In this document: in pieces, positions 8,009 through 16,653 of the stretch
Layout: the number at the start of each line of letters is the position of its first letter
How positions within the stretch are numbered: position 1 is the stretch's first letter
Source: a virus
Reading direction: 5' to 3' (one strand)
DNA length: 64,000 nucleotides
Virus record (IMG/VR): IMGVR_UViG_3300030419_006839
Coordinates: 1-64,000 of that record
Made by a program: the position numbers and the translations under genes
The notes under the pieces: model-generated
What the model saw: only the letters and a program-made list of their open reading frames with translations
What the model was told of the DNA's origin: nothing
Database searches by the model: none

Positions 8009-10006
8009 ATGAAAAATAACGAAATAATGAGTAAAATAATTCACTACATGAAGTATGCCAAATATGTAGAATCGGAACAAAGAAGGGAGACTTTTGAAGA
8101 ATCCGTTGGTAGAAATAAAAAAATGCATATTGGTAGATTTCCAGAAATTGAAGATCAAATTGGTGATAATTTTGATTTCGTATTGGATAAAAAAGTAATA
8201 CCCTCAATGAGGTCAATGCAGTTTGCAGGTGAAGCTATTTCTGTCTCACCTTCTAGGATGTTTAATTGTTGTTATTTGCCAGTTAAGGATATTAGATCAT
8301 TTAGTGAAGCTATGTTTTTACTTCTTTCAGGGTGTGGTGTTGGGTATAGTGTTCAAAAGAACCATGTAGATTGCTTACCAGAAATAAGAAAACCAACTAA
8401 AACAAGAAGATATTTGATACAGGATAGCATAGAGGGATGGGCAGATTCAATAAAAATGTTAATGAAGGCTTATTTTGCCAATAAATCTGAACCTTTATTT
8501 GATTTTAGATCTATTAGACCTAAAGGTTCATTGTTGATTACTAGTGGTGGAAAAGCACCTGGCCCAGAACCACTAATAGTAGCATTAAATAAGATTAGGA
8601 GTATACTTAACAATAAAAAAAATGGAGATAAAATCACTCCATTAGAATGTCATGACATCATGTGCATTATTGCAGATGCGGTATTAGCTGGAGGTATTCG
8701 CAGGTCTGCTATGATTTCTTTATTTTCTATTGATGATGAGGAAATGTTAAAGTGTAAGACAGCATTCGATGTAATTGTTGAAGAAAAAATATCCTACAAT
8801 AAGGAATCTGATGTTCATCATTTGAATGTTTCAGTCTATCAAGATAGTAAGTTTTATAAAAAGCAAGAAATTTTCATATCTGGACATGATTATAAAACTT
8901 TTGTTGAAACAGGAAAAATTCAGTGGTATTATTTCTTTCCAGAGAGATCTAGAAGTAATAACTCTATGGTTGTAGTTAGGAATTTAATTGATGAGAAAAA
9001 GTTTAAGGAAAAGTGGAGAATTGTTGAGAAGTCTGGTAGTGGAGAGCCAGGGTTTTATTTTACTAATAATGCAGAATTGGGAACAAATCCTTGTTGTGAA
9101 ATCTCACTACTTCCATATCAGTTCTGTAATTTAACTTCTGTAAATGTTTCTGATGTGGAGACACAAGAGGATTTAGAGCAAAGAGTTAAAGCAGCAGCAT
9201 TTATTGGAACATTGCAATGTTCATATACTGATTTCCACTATTTAAGACCAGAGTGGAAAAAAAATACAGAAAAGGAGGCATTACTTGGGGTTTCTCTAAC
9301 TGGTATAGCTTCAATTAATCATCAGGAATTTGATTTTGAATCAGCAGCTAAAGTTGCTTGTGATGAAAATAAAAGAGTAGCTAAGTTGATTGGGGTAAAT
9401 CCTGCTAGTAGGGTGACTTGTATAAAACCAGAAGGAACTGGATCTTTAGTTTTAGGAACATCTTCAGGAATTCATGCTTGGCATTCTGATTTTTATAAGA
9501 GGAGAATTAGAGTTGATAAGAAAGAACCGATTTATTCTTATTTGATCAACAAAATACCAGAGTTGGTGGAAGATGAGGTTTTTGGAAATGGAGCAGTAAT
9601 TACTATACCGATGTCTTGCCCTGAAAATGCAAAAACTAGAGATGAAGATGTATTGTCTTTTTTAGACAGGATAAAGTATATGACCAACAATTGGATTAAG
9701 CCAGGACACAACAAAGGTATGAACACACATAACGTTTCTGCAACTGTTTCTGTAAAGGATGGAGAGTGGGATTTTGTGGGTAATTGGTTGTGGGAAAATC
9801 AGGATTCATTTAATGGTCTTTCATTTTTACCATTTGATAATGGAACCTATGTTCAAGCACCATTTGAGGATTGTAGTCAGGAGGATTTTGATAAACTTTC
9901 TGTCTTCGTTAAAGATATAGATTTAACTGAAATAAAAGAAGAACAAGATGGAACCAATCTACAAGGTGAGTTGGCATGTAGTGGTGCTTCTTGTGAGGTT
10001 TTTTAA
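8009..10006 (+). CDS. nrdJ: Class II (adenosylcobalamin-dependent, monomeric RTPR-type) ribonucleotide reductase
   Basis: PSMRSMQFAG, FNCCY, GGIRRSAMISL, GEPG, TNPCCEI, VTCIKPEGT, C-terminal CSGASC; no ATP cone and no beta subunit nearby. Confidence 0.88.
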   Translation: MKNNEIMSKIIHYMKYAKYVESEQRRETFEESVGRNKKMHIGRFPEIEDQIGDNFDFVLDKKVIPSMRSMQFAGEAISVSPSRMFNCCYLPVKDIRSFSEAMFLLLSGCGVGYSVQKNHVDCLPEIRKPTKTRRYLIQDSIEGWADSIKMLMKAYFANKSEPLFDFRSIRPKGSLLITSGGKAPGPEPLIVALNKIRSILNNKKNGDKITPLECHDIMCIIADAVLAGGIRRSAMISLFSIDDEEMLKCKTAFDVIVEEKISYNKESDVHHLNVSVYQDSKFYKKQEIFISGHDYKTFVETGKIQWYYFFPERSRSNNSMVVVRNLIDEKKFKEKWRIVEKSGSGEPGFYFTNNAELGTNPCCEISLLPYQFCNLTSVNVSDVETQEDLEQRVKAAAFIGTLQCSYTDFHYLRPEWKKNTEKEALLGVSLTGIASINHQEFDFESAAKVACDENKRVAKLIGVNPASRVTCIKPEGTGSLVLGTSSGIHAWHSDFYKRRIRVDKKEPIYSYLINKIPELVEDEVFGNGAVITIPMSCPENAKTRDEDVLSFLDRIKYMTNNWIKPGHNKGMNTHNVSATVSVKDGEWDFVGNWLWENQDSFNGLSFLPFDNGTYVQAPFEDCSQEDFDKLSVFVKDIDLTEIKEEQDGTNLQGELACSGASCEVF

Positions 10007-13000
10007 ATGGCTAGTGAAATTAAAATAAAAGGTAGTAATGTTGTGTTTTCTCCTATCAATCATGGATCAAGTCATGTGGTTGATGGGGGAAATAGGATAC
10101 CTGATGCAAATGACAATAGCCCTGGATTAATGACTTCATCTCATTATAAGTTAGTTCAGGGTTTATTGAATGATAAGGTAGCAAATATAACCATAAAAAA
10201 TAAAGGTGATAAGGCTCAAACTATATTATCACTTAATAATGTATCTGAATCTGATATTCAGAGTAGTTCAAATACGGGATCTATAATTGCAATAAACCTA
10301 CCTGCTATTGGTAAAAATCAACAATTGATAAGAGCTAGTGAGTTGAGTTTTGGTATGGTTGATTATACATCAAATAGTGAAGATTCTTGTTTTTCAATAT
10401 CTACCCTAGTAAGTGGAACACTAGCTGAAAGATTGACTATAAATTCTCAGGGAAGTGTTTCCATATCTGGTGGGTTAACTGCTAGTGGTGTGATAACTGC
10501 TAGTGGGGGAAATAGCACTAATTGGAATGCTGCACATCAATGGGGCAATCATGCTAGTCAAGGTTATGCAACTGAAACATATGTAGGAACTGAAATAGCA
10601 GGAATTGTAGATTCTGCTCCAGGTGCTTTAGATACACTTAATGAATTGGCAGCAGCGTTAGGGGATGATGCTAACTTTTCAACTACTGTAACCAACAGTA
10701 TTGCCACTAAGTTACCTTTAGCAGGTGGAACAATGTCAGGTAATATTCAAATGGGAACTAGTGGAGTGATTTATTTCAACAACAACACAACATATGGTGT
10801 TGGTGCTGGTGGTAATAACTACAATTCCATATGGGTTGATACTTTAGAAAGTGGTAGCAATACGGATTGGCTTGAACTTACTTATTACAGTGGACATGGC
10901 GTTAGAATTGGAACAGGAGTTAATGGTAGTAAACCATTATATGCAAGCATTTTATATCAAGGTGGAAATCAAGTAATAGACACTGGAGGAACTGGTTTGA
11001 CTAAAGTCAATTCCACATTAAATGTAGATGCATCTCAAACACAAATAACTGCTATCGGAACACTCTCTCACGATTTAGTGTTTAGTGGTACAAGCCAGAC
11101 AACAACTTTAGCAAAAACAGATCCAACGGCTGATAGAACGATTACATTTCCAGATGCGAATGGCACTATTGTCACTACTGGAAATCTGGATGCAATAGAA
11201 GAAGTTGGTGCGGTTACTACAGGTGAATGGAAAGCTACTGATATTGCGGATGACTATATTGCTTCAGCAGCTACTTGGAATGCGAAACAAGATAGTTTAA
11301 ATTTTGGTATTAGTGACAACTATGTTGTCAAGATTAATGATGCTGATGTAGTTGATAATGACTACGCTAAGTTTACTTCTAGTGGTCTGGAAGGCAGAGA
11401 TGCATCTGAGGTTAAAACAGATTTATCATTAAATAATGTAGAAAATACGGCTATCTCTACATGGACGGGATCATCCAATGTGATAACAGTAGGAGATGTT
11501 ACTACAGGTGAATGGAAAGCTACTGGTATTGCGGATGACTATATTGCTTCAGCTTCTAATTGGAATGATGCACATCAATGGGGAAATCATTCTAGTCAAG
11601 GTTATTTAACCACAGTTGATATTAGTGGAGATACAAATTTAGCAGCAACAGCACCTATAGTTTTAACTGGAGATACACTTTCAATATCGGAAGCGACCAC
11701 TTCTGTTGCTGGTTCTATGTCATCTTCAGATAAAACTAAGCTTAATGGTATTGATGACGGTGCTAATGCATATAACTTACCTACAGCTACAACTTCAGTA
11801 TTAGGTGGAGTTATGATTGGAGATAACTTATCTATTAATGCCAGTAGTGGAGTCTTGTCTGCTACTAATGATAATACTCAATATTCAGGAGGTGCTGGAT
11901 TAACGGGTGGTACTAATGGAGGTACTGCTATAAATGTTGGTGAAGGTAATGGCATCGAAGTAGGTGATGATTCTATTTCAGTAAAAGCTGATGATGGAAT
12001 ACTTGTAGGAGCAGGTGGAGTTAAAGTTAATTCTAGTAATGGTATTACAGTAGTTGCAGCAGGAGTTCAGGTTAATCCTCATCATGGTATTACAGTAGAT
12101 GGTAATGGTGTTTCAGTTAATGTAGAAGCTAATAACGGTTTATCTGTTGGTGCTAATGGGGTTGCAGTTAGTTTAGAAGCTAATAAGGGTTTATCTGTTG
12201 GTTCTAGTGGGATTGCAGTTAATTTAGAAGCTAATAAAGGTTTATCTGTTGGTGCTAATGGGGTTGCAGCCTCAGTCGCAGATCCAATATCTTTTCAATC
12301 AGGTAATATAGGTATTGCGGATGGTGCTATTACTAATGCTAAATTAGCTGGTTCTATTGCTAATGATAAATTAGCTAATAGTAGTGTGGTTATACTCGCA
12401 GGAGATCACTTAGGTGGGGGTAGTACCACTTCAAGTCCAACTGCACTTGGAGGTACTGTAACAATTGATCATGACGCAATTGGTTCTCAGGACACCACCG
12501 TTACGAATACTTTAAGTACTTGGAACACTGAGGATAAAACAAATTTAAGTACTAATGCAGGAACAGGAACTACGTATTATGCTTTAGCAGGGCATGATCA
12601 TAGCATTCCCGATCATCAACATGACCTGCCAGACTTAACAATTACAGTAGGACGTGATGAGTATGGACATGTTACGGATGTTACTTTGGCTTGTCATTCT
12701 GAAGATACTTATTTTGAGTTAGTGGGTGGGGGGATTAAAAAGGCAAAAAATTTAGAAAAAGGAGATAAGTTAAAATCTATTTCTTTTAATATAGATGGTA
12801 GTAAAAGTGATATTTCACTAATCACAAATTCTGTAAAATTTAGTAATCAAGATATGTTTAGTAAGACTTTTGAGACTACAGTTTCAGTTAAAGGGATTAG
12901 TAAATTCTACTCAGAAGGTATTTACTTAATAAATAACAAATATGAACTTACTGGAACTCACCCTGTTTTATCTACTAAGTCTTTATCTAGTTTATTGGAT

Positions 13001-13183
13001 TGTTTTTGGTCTTGGACTAGAGTTAAGGATTTACAAGTTGGTGAATTCCTATTTGCAGAGGATTTTGACCATCAAAGAATAAATAGTATAGATTTCTATG
13101 AAGGTTTACAACCAGTAGTTCAGTTAGATGTTGAGGAAGAAGATGTTTATTTTTGTAATGGTATTTTACATCATAATAAGTAG
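10007..13183 (+). CDS. Tail fibre-like protein with HxH motifs and a C-terminal Hint (intein-like) domain
   Basis: APGALDTLNELAAALGDDANFSTTV fibre motif, Gly/Thr-rich repeats, HDH/HQH, then C-HSEDT...LTGTHP...VYFCNGILHHNK-stop. Confidence 0.85.
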   Translation: MASEIKIKGSNVVFSPINHGSSHVVDGGNRIPDANDNSPGLMTSSHYKLVQGLLNDKVANITIKNKGDKAQTILSLNNVSESDIQSSSNTGSIIAINLPAIGKNQQLIRASELSFGMVDYTSNSEDSCFSISTLVSGTLAERLTINSQGSVSISGGLTASGVITASGGNSTNWNAAHQWGNHASQGYATETYVGTEIAGIVDSAPGALDTLNELAAALGDDANFSTTVTNSIATKLPLAGGTMSGNIQMGTSGVIYFNNNTTYGVGAGGNNYNSIWVDTLESGSNTDWLELTYYSGHGVRIGTGVNGSKPLYASILYQGGNQVIDTGGTGLTKVNSTLNVDASQTQITAIGTLSHDLVFSGTSQTTTLAKTDPTADRTITFPDANGTIVTTGNLDAIEEVGAVTTGEWKATDIADDYIASAATWNAKQDSLNFGISDNYVVKINDADVVDNDYAKFTSSGLEGRDASEVKTDLSLNNVENTAISTWTGSSNVITVGDVTTGEWKATGIADDYIASASNWNDAHQWGNHSSQGYLTTVDISGDTNLAATAPIVLTGDTLSISEATTSVAGSMSSSDKTKLNGIDDGANAYNLPTATTSVLGGVMIGDNLSINASSGVLSATNDNTQYSGGAGLTGGTNGGTAINVGEGNGIEVGDDSISVKADDGILVGAGGVKVNSSNGITVVAAGVQVNPHHGITVDGNGVSVNVEANNGLSVGANGVAVSLEANKGLSVGSSGIAVNLEANKGLSVGANGVAASVADPISFQSGNIGIADGAITNAKLAGSIANDKLANSSVVILAGDHLGGGSTTSSPTALGGTVTIDHDAIGSQDTTVTNTLSTWNTEDKTNLSTNAGTGTTYYALAGHDHSIPDHQHDLPDLTITVGRDEYGHVTDVTLACHSEDTYFELVGGGIKKAKNLEKGDKLKSISFNIDGSKSDISLITNSVKFSNQDMFSKTFETTVSVKGISKFYSEGIYLINNKYELTGTHPVLSTKSLSSLLDCFWSWTRVKDLQVGEFLFAEDFDHQRINSIDFYEGLQPVVQLDVEEEDVYFCNGILHHNK
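11213..11553 (+). repeat. 56-bp direct repeat inside the fibre gene (11213-11268 and 11498-11553)
   Basis: GTTACTACAGGTGAATGGAAAGCTACTG[A/G]TATTGCGGATGACTATATTGCTTCAGC, one mismatch. Confidence 0.85.
12123..12269 (+). repeat. 51-bp (17-aa) tandem repeat, three copies
   Basis: TAGAAGCTAATAA.GGTTTATCTGTTGG at 12123, 12174, 12225; encodes LEANKGLSVGANGVAVS-like units. Confidence 0.85.
12692..13180 (+). other. Hint domain (about 163 aa) at the protein C-terminus
   Basis: Block A Cys1 (CHSEDT...LEKGD), block B TxxH (TGTHP), VKDLQVGE, terminal LDVEEEDVYFCNGILHHN; no endonuclease; only Lys after HN. Confidence 0.85.
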
Positions 13184-13188
13184 GTTAT

Positions 13189-13839
13189 ATGAAGATAATT
13201 TTTTGTTTACCTGGAACTAGCTTTTCAGAGAAATTCTTAAGTAGTTGGACAGATCTTTTAACATGGATGAATAAAGTTGGTATTGACTATAGGGTTTCAC
13301 ATGGAGTGAGTTCTGTAGTTTATTTTGCAAGAGCAAATTGTGTTGGTGGAATTAGAGGTCGGGGAGAGTTATTTAATGGAGAAGATTACGATTATTGTAT
13401 GTGGATTGATTCAGATCAAGTTTTTACTAATGAAGATTTTAGAAAATTAATCCTTAGTGCCGATCAAAATAGAGATAAATACATAATAGGTGGTACATGT
13501 AAGATTAGTGATAACATTCACTATCCAATAGTTGAAAAAAGGGAGGATGATTATTTTTATAAATATGGTAGATATAGGTTTTTTACTCAAAAAGAACTAG
13601 ATAGTAAAAAGAAACTATTCCGTGTTTTTTTTACTGGATTTGCTTTTATGTTGATTAAAAGGGGAGTTTTTGAAACTATGGAATACCCTTATTTCAGACC
13701 TCATTGGATTGAAATAAATGACATGAAGGAATTTACTGGAGAGGATCAAGGTTTTTGTATGTCTGCAAAAGAATATGGGTTTGACACTTGGGTTAACCCT
13801 GAAGTAGTTATTGGTCATGAGAAAAGTGTGGTTTTGTGA
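13189..13839 (+). CDS. GT-A fold (GT2-like) glycosyltransferase
   Basis: YDYCMWIDSD (DxD), TGFAFMLIKRGVFE, GEDQGFC, WVNPEVVIGHEK. Confidence 0.8.
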   Translation: MKIIFCLPGTSFSEKFLSSWTDLLTWMNKVGIDYRVSHGVSSVVYFARANCVGGIRGRGELFNGEDYDYCMWIDSDQVFTNEDFRKLILSADQNRDKYIIGGTCKISDNIHYPIVEKREDDYFYKYGRYRFFTQKELDSKKKLFRVFFTGFAFMLIKRGVFETMEYPYFRPHWIEINDMKEFTGEDQGFCMSAKEYGFDTWVNPEVVIGHEKSVVL

Positions 13840-13856
13840 TTTATAACAAAAAACAC

Positions 13857-13885
13857 TGGCAATTTTTATATAAATATAATAAAAT
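13857..13885 (+). promoter_or_regulatory. Possible sigma70-like promoter
   Basis: TGGCAA-N17-TAAAAT in an AT-rich gap before AAGGAG RBS of the 13902 ORF. Confidence 0.3.
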
Positions 13886-13901
13886 ATAACAAAAAGGAGA
13901 T

Positions 13902-14147
13902 ATGTATATGTTTGATAATTATACAGATCGGAAATCTAAAGGATTGGTGACACTAGGAACTTCTGGCTTAAGTTATGTGGATGCTGTTTGGAATGAGAAG
14001 CGTTTTGACCCTACTACAGGTGAAGAATCAGAACCTATGCAACAACAAATATCACTAGATGATGTTAAGTTGCAGAGAGATTCTTTATCTTCCCAATTAG
14101 ATAATTTAAACACTTTAATTGAAGATATTGAAGCATTAAGCTCATAA
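13902..14147 (+). CDS. Small hypothetical protein (coiled-coil C-terminus)
   Basis: AAGGAG RBS, intact ORF. Confidence 0.6.
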   Translation: MYMFDNYTDRKSKGLVTLGTSGLSYVDAVWNEKRFDPTTGEESEPMQQQISLDDVKLQRDSLSSQLDNLNTLIEDIEALSS

Positions 14148-14156
14148 TAGAGGAAG

Positions 14157-14414
14157 GTGGTGATTAAAACAAATATTAGAATTAAAAATGATCTACCAAC
14201 GATTAGAGAACCCTCTCCAACGTTGATAGAAGAAGCAGCAAGGAATAAGGTTGATATGGTTCTTGGAAGATCTGGTTATTTTAAGGTTTCCCAAATAGAA
14301 CCTAGAATGATTGCACCAAAGGGAATGGATTTAAAAGCGGAGATGTTTTTGAATCAAGATCAAGATTTTTTAGATATGGTTGAGAAAGAAATTGTTTTTT
14401 ATAGGAAGAAATAA
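14157..14414 (+). CDS. Hypothetical protein, possibly a short neck/tail-completion protein
   Basis: GAGGAAG before GTG; lies before a terminator-like gene and the tail tube. Confidence 0.45.
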   Translation: MVIKTNIRIKNDLPTIREPSPTLIEEAARNKVDMVLGRSGYFKVSQIEPRMIAPKGMDLKAEMFLNQDQDFLDMVEKEIVFYRKK

Positions 14415-15139
14415 TGGGATATAACTTAACTTCTGCCGTATATAGGCAACTTTATACGACTTTAACTACAAACAGTAGATTGGATTATGTTAAGACTTTT
14501 CAATCAAGGTTTGCACCTGTTAGACAGGGTTTTGAACGGAAGGACTTATATCCTTTTGTATTTTTAAGTTTTTTGGATATGAATCCAGAAGAATTGAAAT
14601 ACATGCCAAAGACTTACGAAATTTTTACTTCCATAGGTATTGTTGCTATGACCTATAATGATGGTGATGTCAATTTAACCAAACTTGGAAGTATTTCTAC
14701 AATTGAGAATTCATCAAGTAATGCAGGTAATCAAATAAAAATAACCACTAGTTCAAATCATAATTTATCATCTAATGATGTAGTTACTATAAATGGAACA
14801 ACTAATTATGATGGAGATTACTTAGTAGTATCTGCTTCAGGTACAGTATTTGAAGTATTAAAAACATATTCATCCGATGAATCCCCTTCTAGTGGTAAGT
14901 GGTTTATTCGGAAAGGTATAATAGAATTAATTGAAGATATTAAAGGTGTGTTGTTTGATACTCATAAATCAGACAACTTCGGACAAGGTTCAAGTCTAGA
15001 TTGGAATTTTGGAGCAGTTGGAAGACCTAATGTCACCAGCTTGCAGCCATTGTTGTTAAGCCCATATATAGAAGCTAAACAGATAAATTTAGACTTGAGA
15101 TTACATGAAGATAGAAATGTTGCTTATACCAACGTTTAG
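14414..15139 (+). CDS. Second tail terminator-like protein with an inserted small beta domain
   Basis: LYTTLTTNSRLDYVK...YPFVFL pattern, directly upstream of tail tube; insert ITTSSNHNLSSNDVVTINGTTNYDGDYLV. Confidence 0.55.
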   Translation: MGYNLTSAVYRQLYTTLTTNSRLDYVKTFQSRFAPVRQGFERKDLYPFVFLSFLDMNPEELKYMPKTYEIFTSIGIVAMTYNDGDVNLTKLGSISTIENSSSNAGNQIKITTSSNHNLSSNDVVTINGTTNYDGDYLVVSASGTVFEVLKTYSSDESPSSGKWFIRKGIIELIEDIKGVLFDTHKSDNFGQGSSLDWNFGAVGRPNVTSLQPLLLSPYIEAKQINLDLRLHEDRNVAYTNV

Positions 15140-15162
15140 TTAAAATAGAGAGGTGAAATAAG

Positions 15163-16647
15163 ATGGCTGATATATTTAAGTCTGGATTTATAGGCATGGG
15201 TTCAAAGGTTTATGTTGGATTGCAATCTGATTATAAAACCACAGCAACCAGTGTTAGAGATTATGCTTGTCCAATCCAGCCTGGATCAAGACCAGCAAAA
15301 CAAATAGAATCTTTACAGGTAGATCAACTTTTTCCAACATTTTTGAGAAAAAAACCACTACCTAGTGCAGTTAGAGTTGAGGGAACATATAGTATGTATT
15401 TCCCTCAAGAGAAAATATTGGGTGCTTCTGGATTGGATGAGTTGGCAGAAATGGCAGACCCAACTAGTGGTACTTTTTTAGACCTATGGATACAAAGTAT
15501 GTTAGGGAAAGTATCACCAACTCTTTACTATGTGGATAATGATACAGATAAACCTCAAGCTAGTTTGCTTGGAGATACTAGTGCTTCAGCTACTGATTGG
15601 ATTTTCGCAAAATATAAAATGGATACAGGGATACCTTCTATGACTTTTGTCCATAAAGTTTTTGAAGCATCTCAGGGAAGTGTTGCGGAGATAGAAAAAC
15701 AAAGATATGCTGTTATATCTGGAGCAAAGTGTAGTAGTGCTACTTTTAATTTTAGTGCAGATTCTCCAGTTACTGCTGATTTTAATTTTTTAGCATTAGA
15801 TGAGAAAATTACTGAAGCACCTACCGCAGGTAGTGTAGCTGATGCTCAAGCAATGAATTATAACAATATAGAGGGAATTACTTCTTTTGATATGACTAAT
15901 GGTATTTTTGGCCCAAATTATGGACATGCAGTAGCACACTCTGGAAGTCCATTAGTACCTGCGTCTGGTTCTTTGGCACATTCTGTTAAGTCAGCGGATA
16001 CTTCAGCCACTGAAAAAACGACAGATTTATTTCCTAATTGGGCTACTCAATTATTTTTGAAACCAAAAAGTGTAACTGGTAGTACTATGAGAAGTCATGG
16101 AACAACAATAAACCTTGCTGCTGCAATGGGTGCTAATCCAATGCAAGCCGAAGGAGACTATAGAATTCCATTTATGGATTTTAGTTTCACTATTAACAAT
16201 AATTTAGATTACCCCACAGCAAATAATGGATCTCAATACCCTAGTGAGCCAATTCTAACAGCAACAAAAGAAGTAACTGGTAGTTTGACATTACCCTTTA
16301 CTGATGAAATTATTGATTTACTAACGGGTGGTTCTTCTGGTTCAAGAAAAACTAATCAATTCCAAGATTTTTTGAATTTGAAGAATTTTGAAATGGCTAT
16401 TGTTTTGTCTGACCCAACAAACACTACAAACCCAGGAGCAGAAAGGATAGTTATATCTTTTCCTGAAATATGTTTTACTGGAACTGCTTTGGGTGATATT
16501 CCTCAAGGTGAGATTACAATGCCTTTAAGTTTTGCTGCTTACCAACCAGCAGATGTGACAACTACTGGAACTCCAAGTACTTTAGGAACTACACAATCTG
16601 AAGCATGTACTTTCTATGTTGGAAGAAGGTATCAGTACGATAGTTAA
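15163..16647 (+). CDS. Major tail tube protein (paralogue 1)
   Basis: GSKVYVG, RVEGTYSM, SGAKCSSATFNFS, DFSFTINNNL, KEVTGSLTL, MPLSFAAYQ; GAGGTG RBS. Confidence 0.75.
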   Translation: MADIFKSGFIGMGSKVYVGLQSDYKTTATSVRDYACPIQPGSRPAKQIESLQVDQLFPTFLRKKPLPSAVRVEGTYSMYFPQEKILGASGLDELAEMADPTSGTFLDLWIQSMLGKVSPTLYYVDNDTDKPQASLLGDTSASATDWIFAKYKMDTGIPSMTFVHKVFEASQGSVAEIEKQRYAVISGAKCSSATFNFSADSPVTADFNFLALDEKITEAPTAGSVADAQAMNYNNIEGITSFDMTNGIFGPNYGHAVAHSGSPLVPASGSLAHSVKSADTSATEKTTDLFPNWATQLFLKPKSVTGSTMRSHGTTINLAAAMGANPMQAEGDYRIPFMDFSFTINNNLDYPTANNGSQYPSEPILTATKEVTGSLTLPFTDEIIDLLTGGSSGSRKTNQFQDFLNLKNFEMAIVLSDPTNTTNPGAERIVISFPEICFTGTALGDIPQGEITMPLSFAAYQPADVTTTGTPSTLGTTQSEACTFYVGRRYQYDS

Positions 16648-16653
16648 TAAATA

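Noticed and set aside
12692-13183. Canonical mobile intein
   Set aside because: No homing endonuclease, no C-extein and +1 residue is Lys
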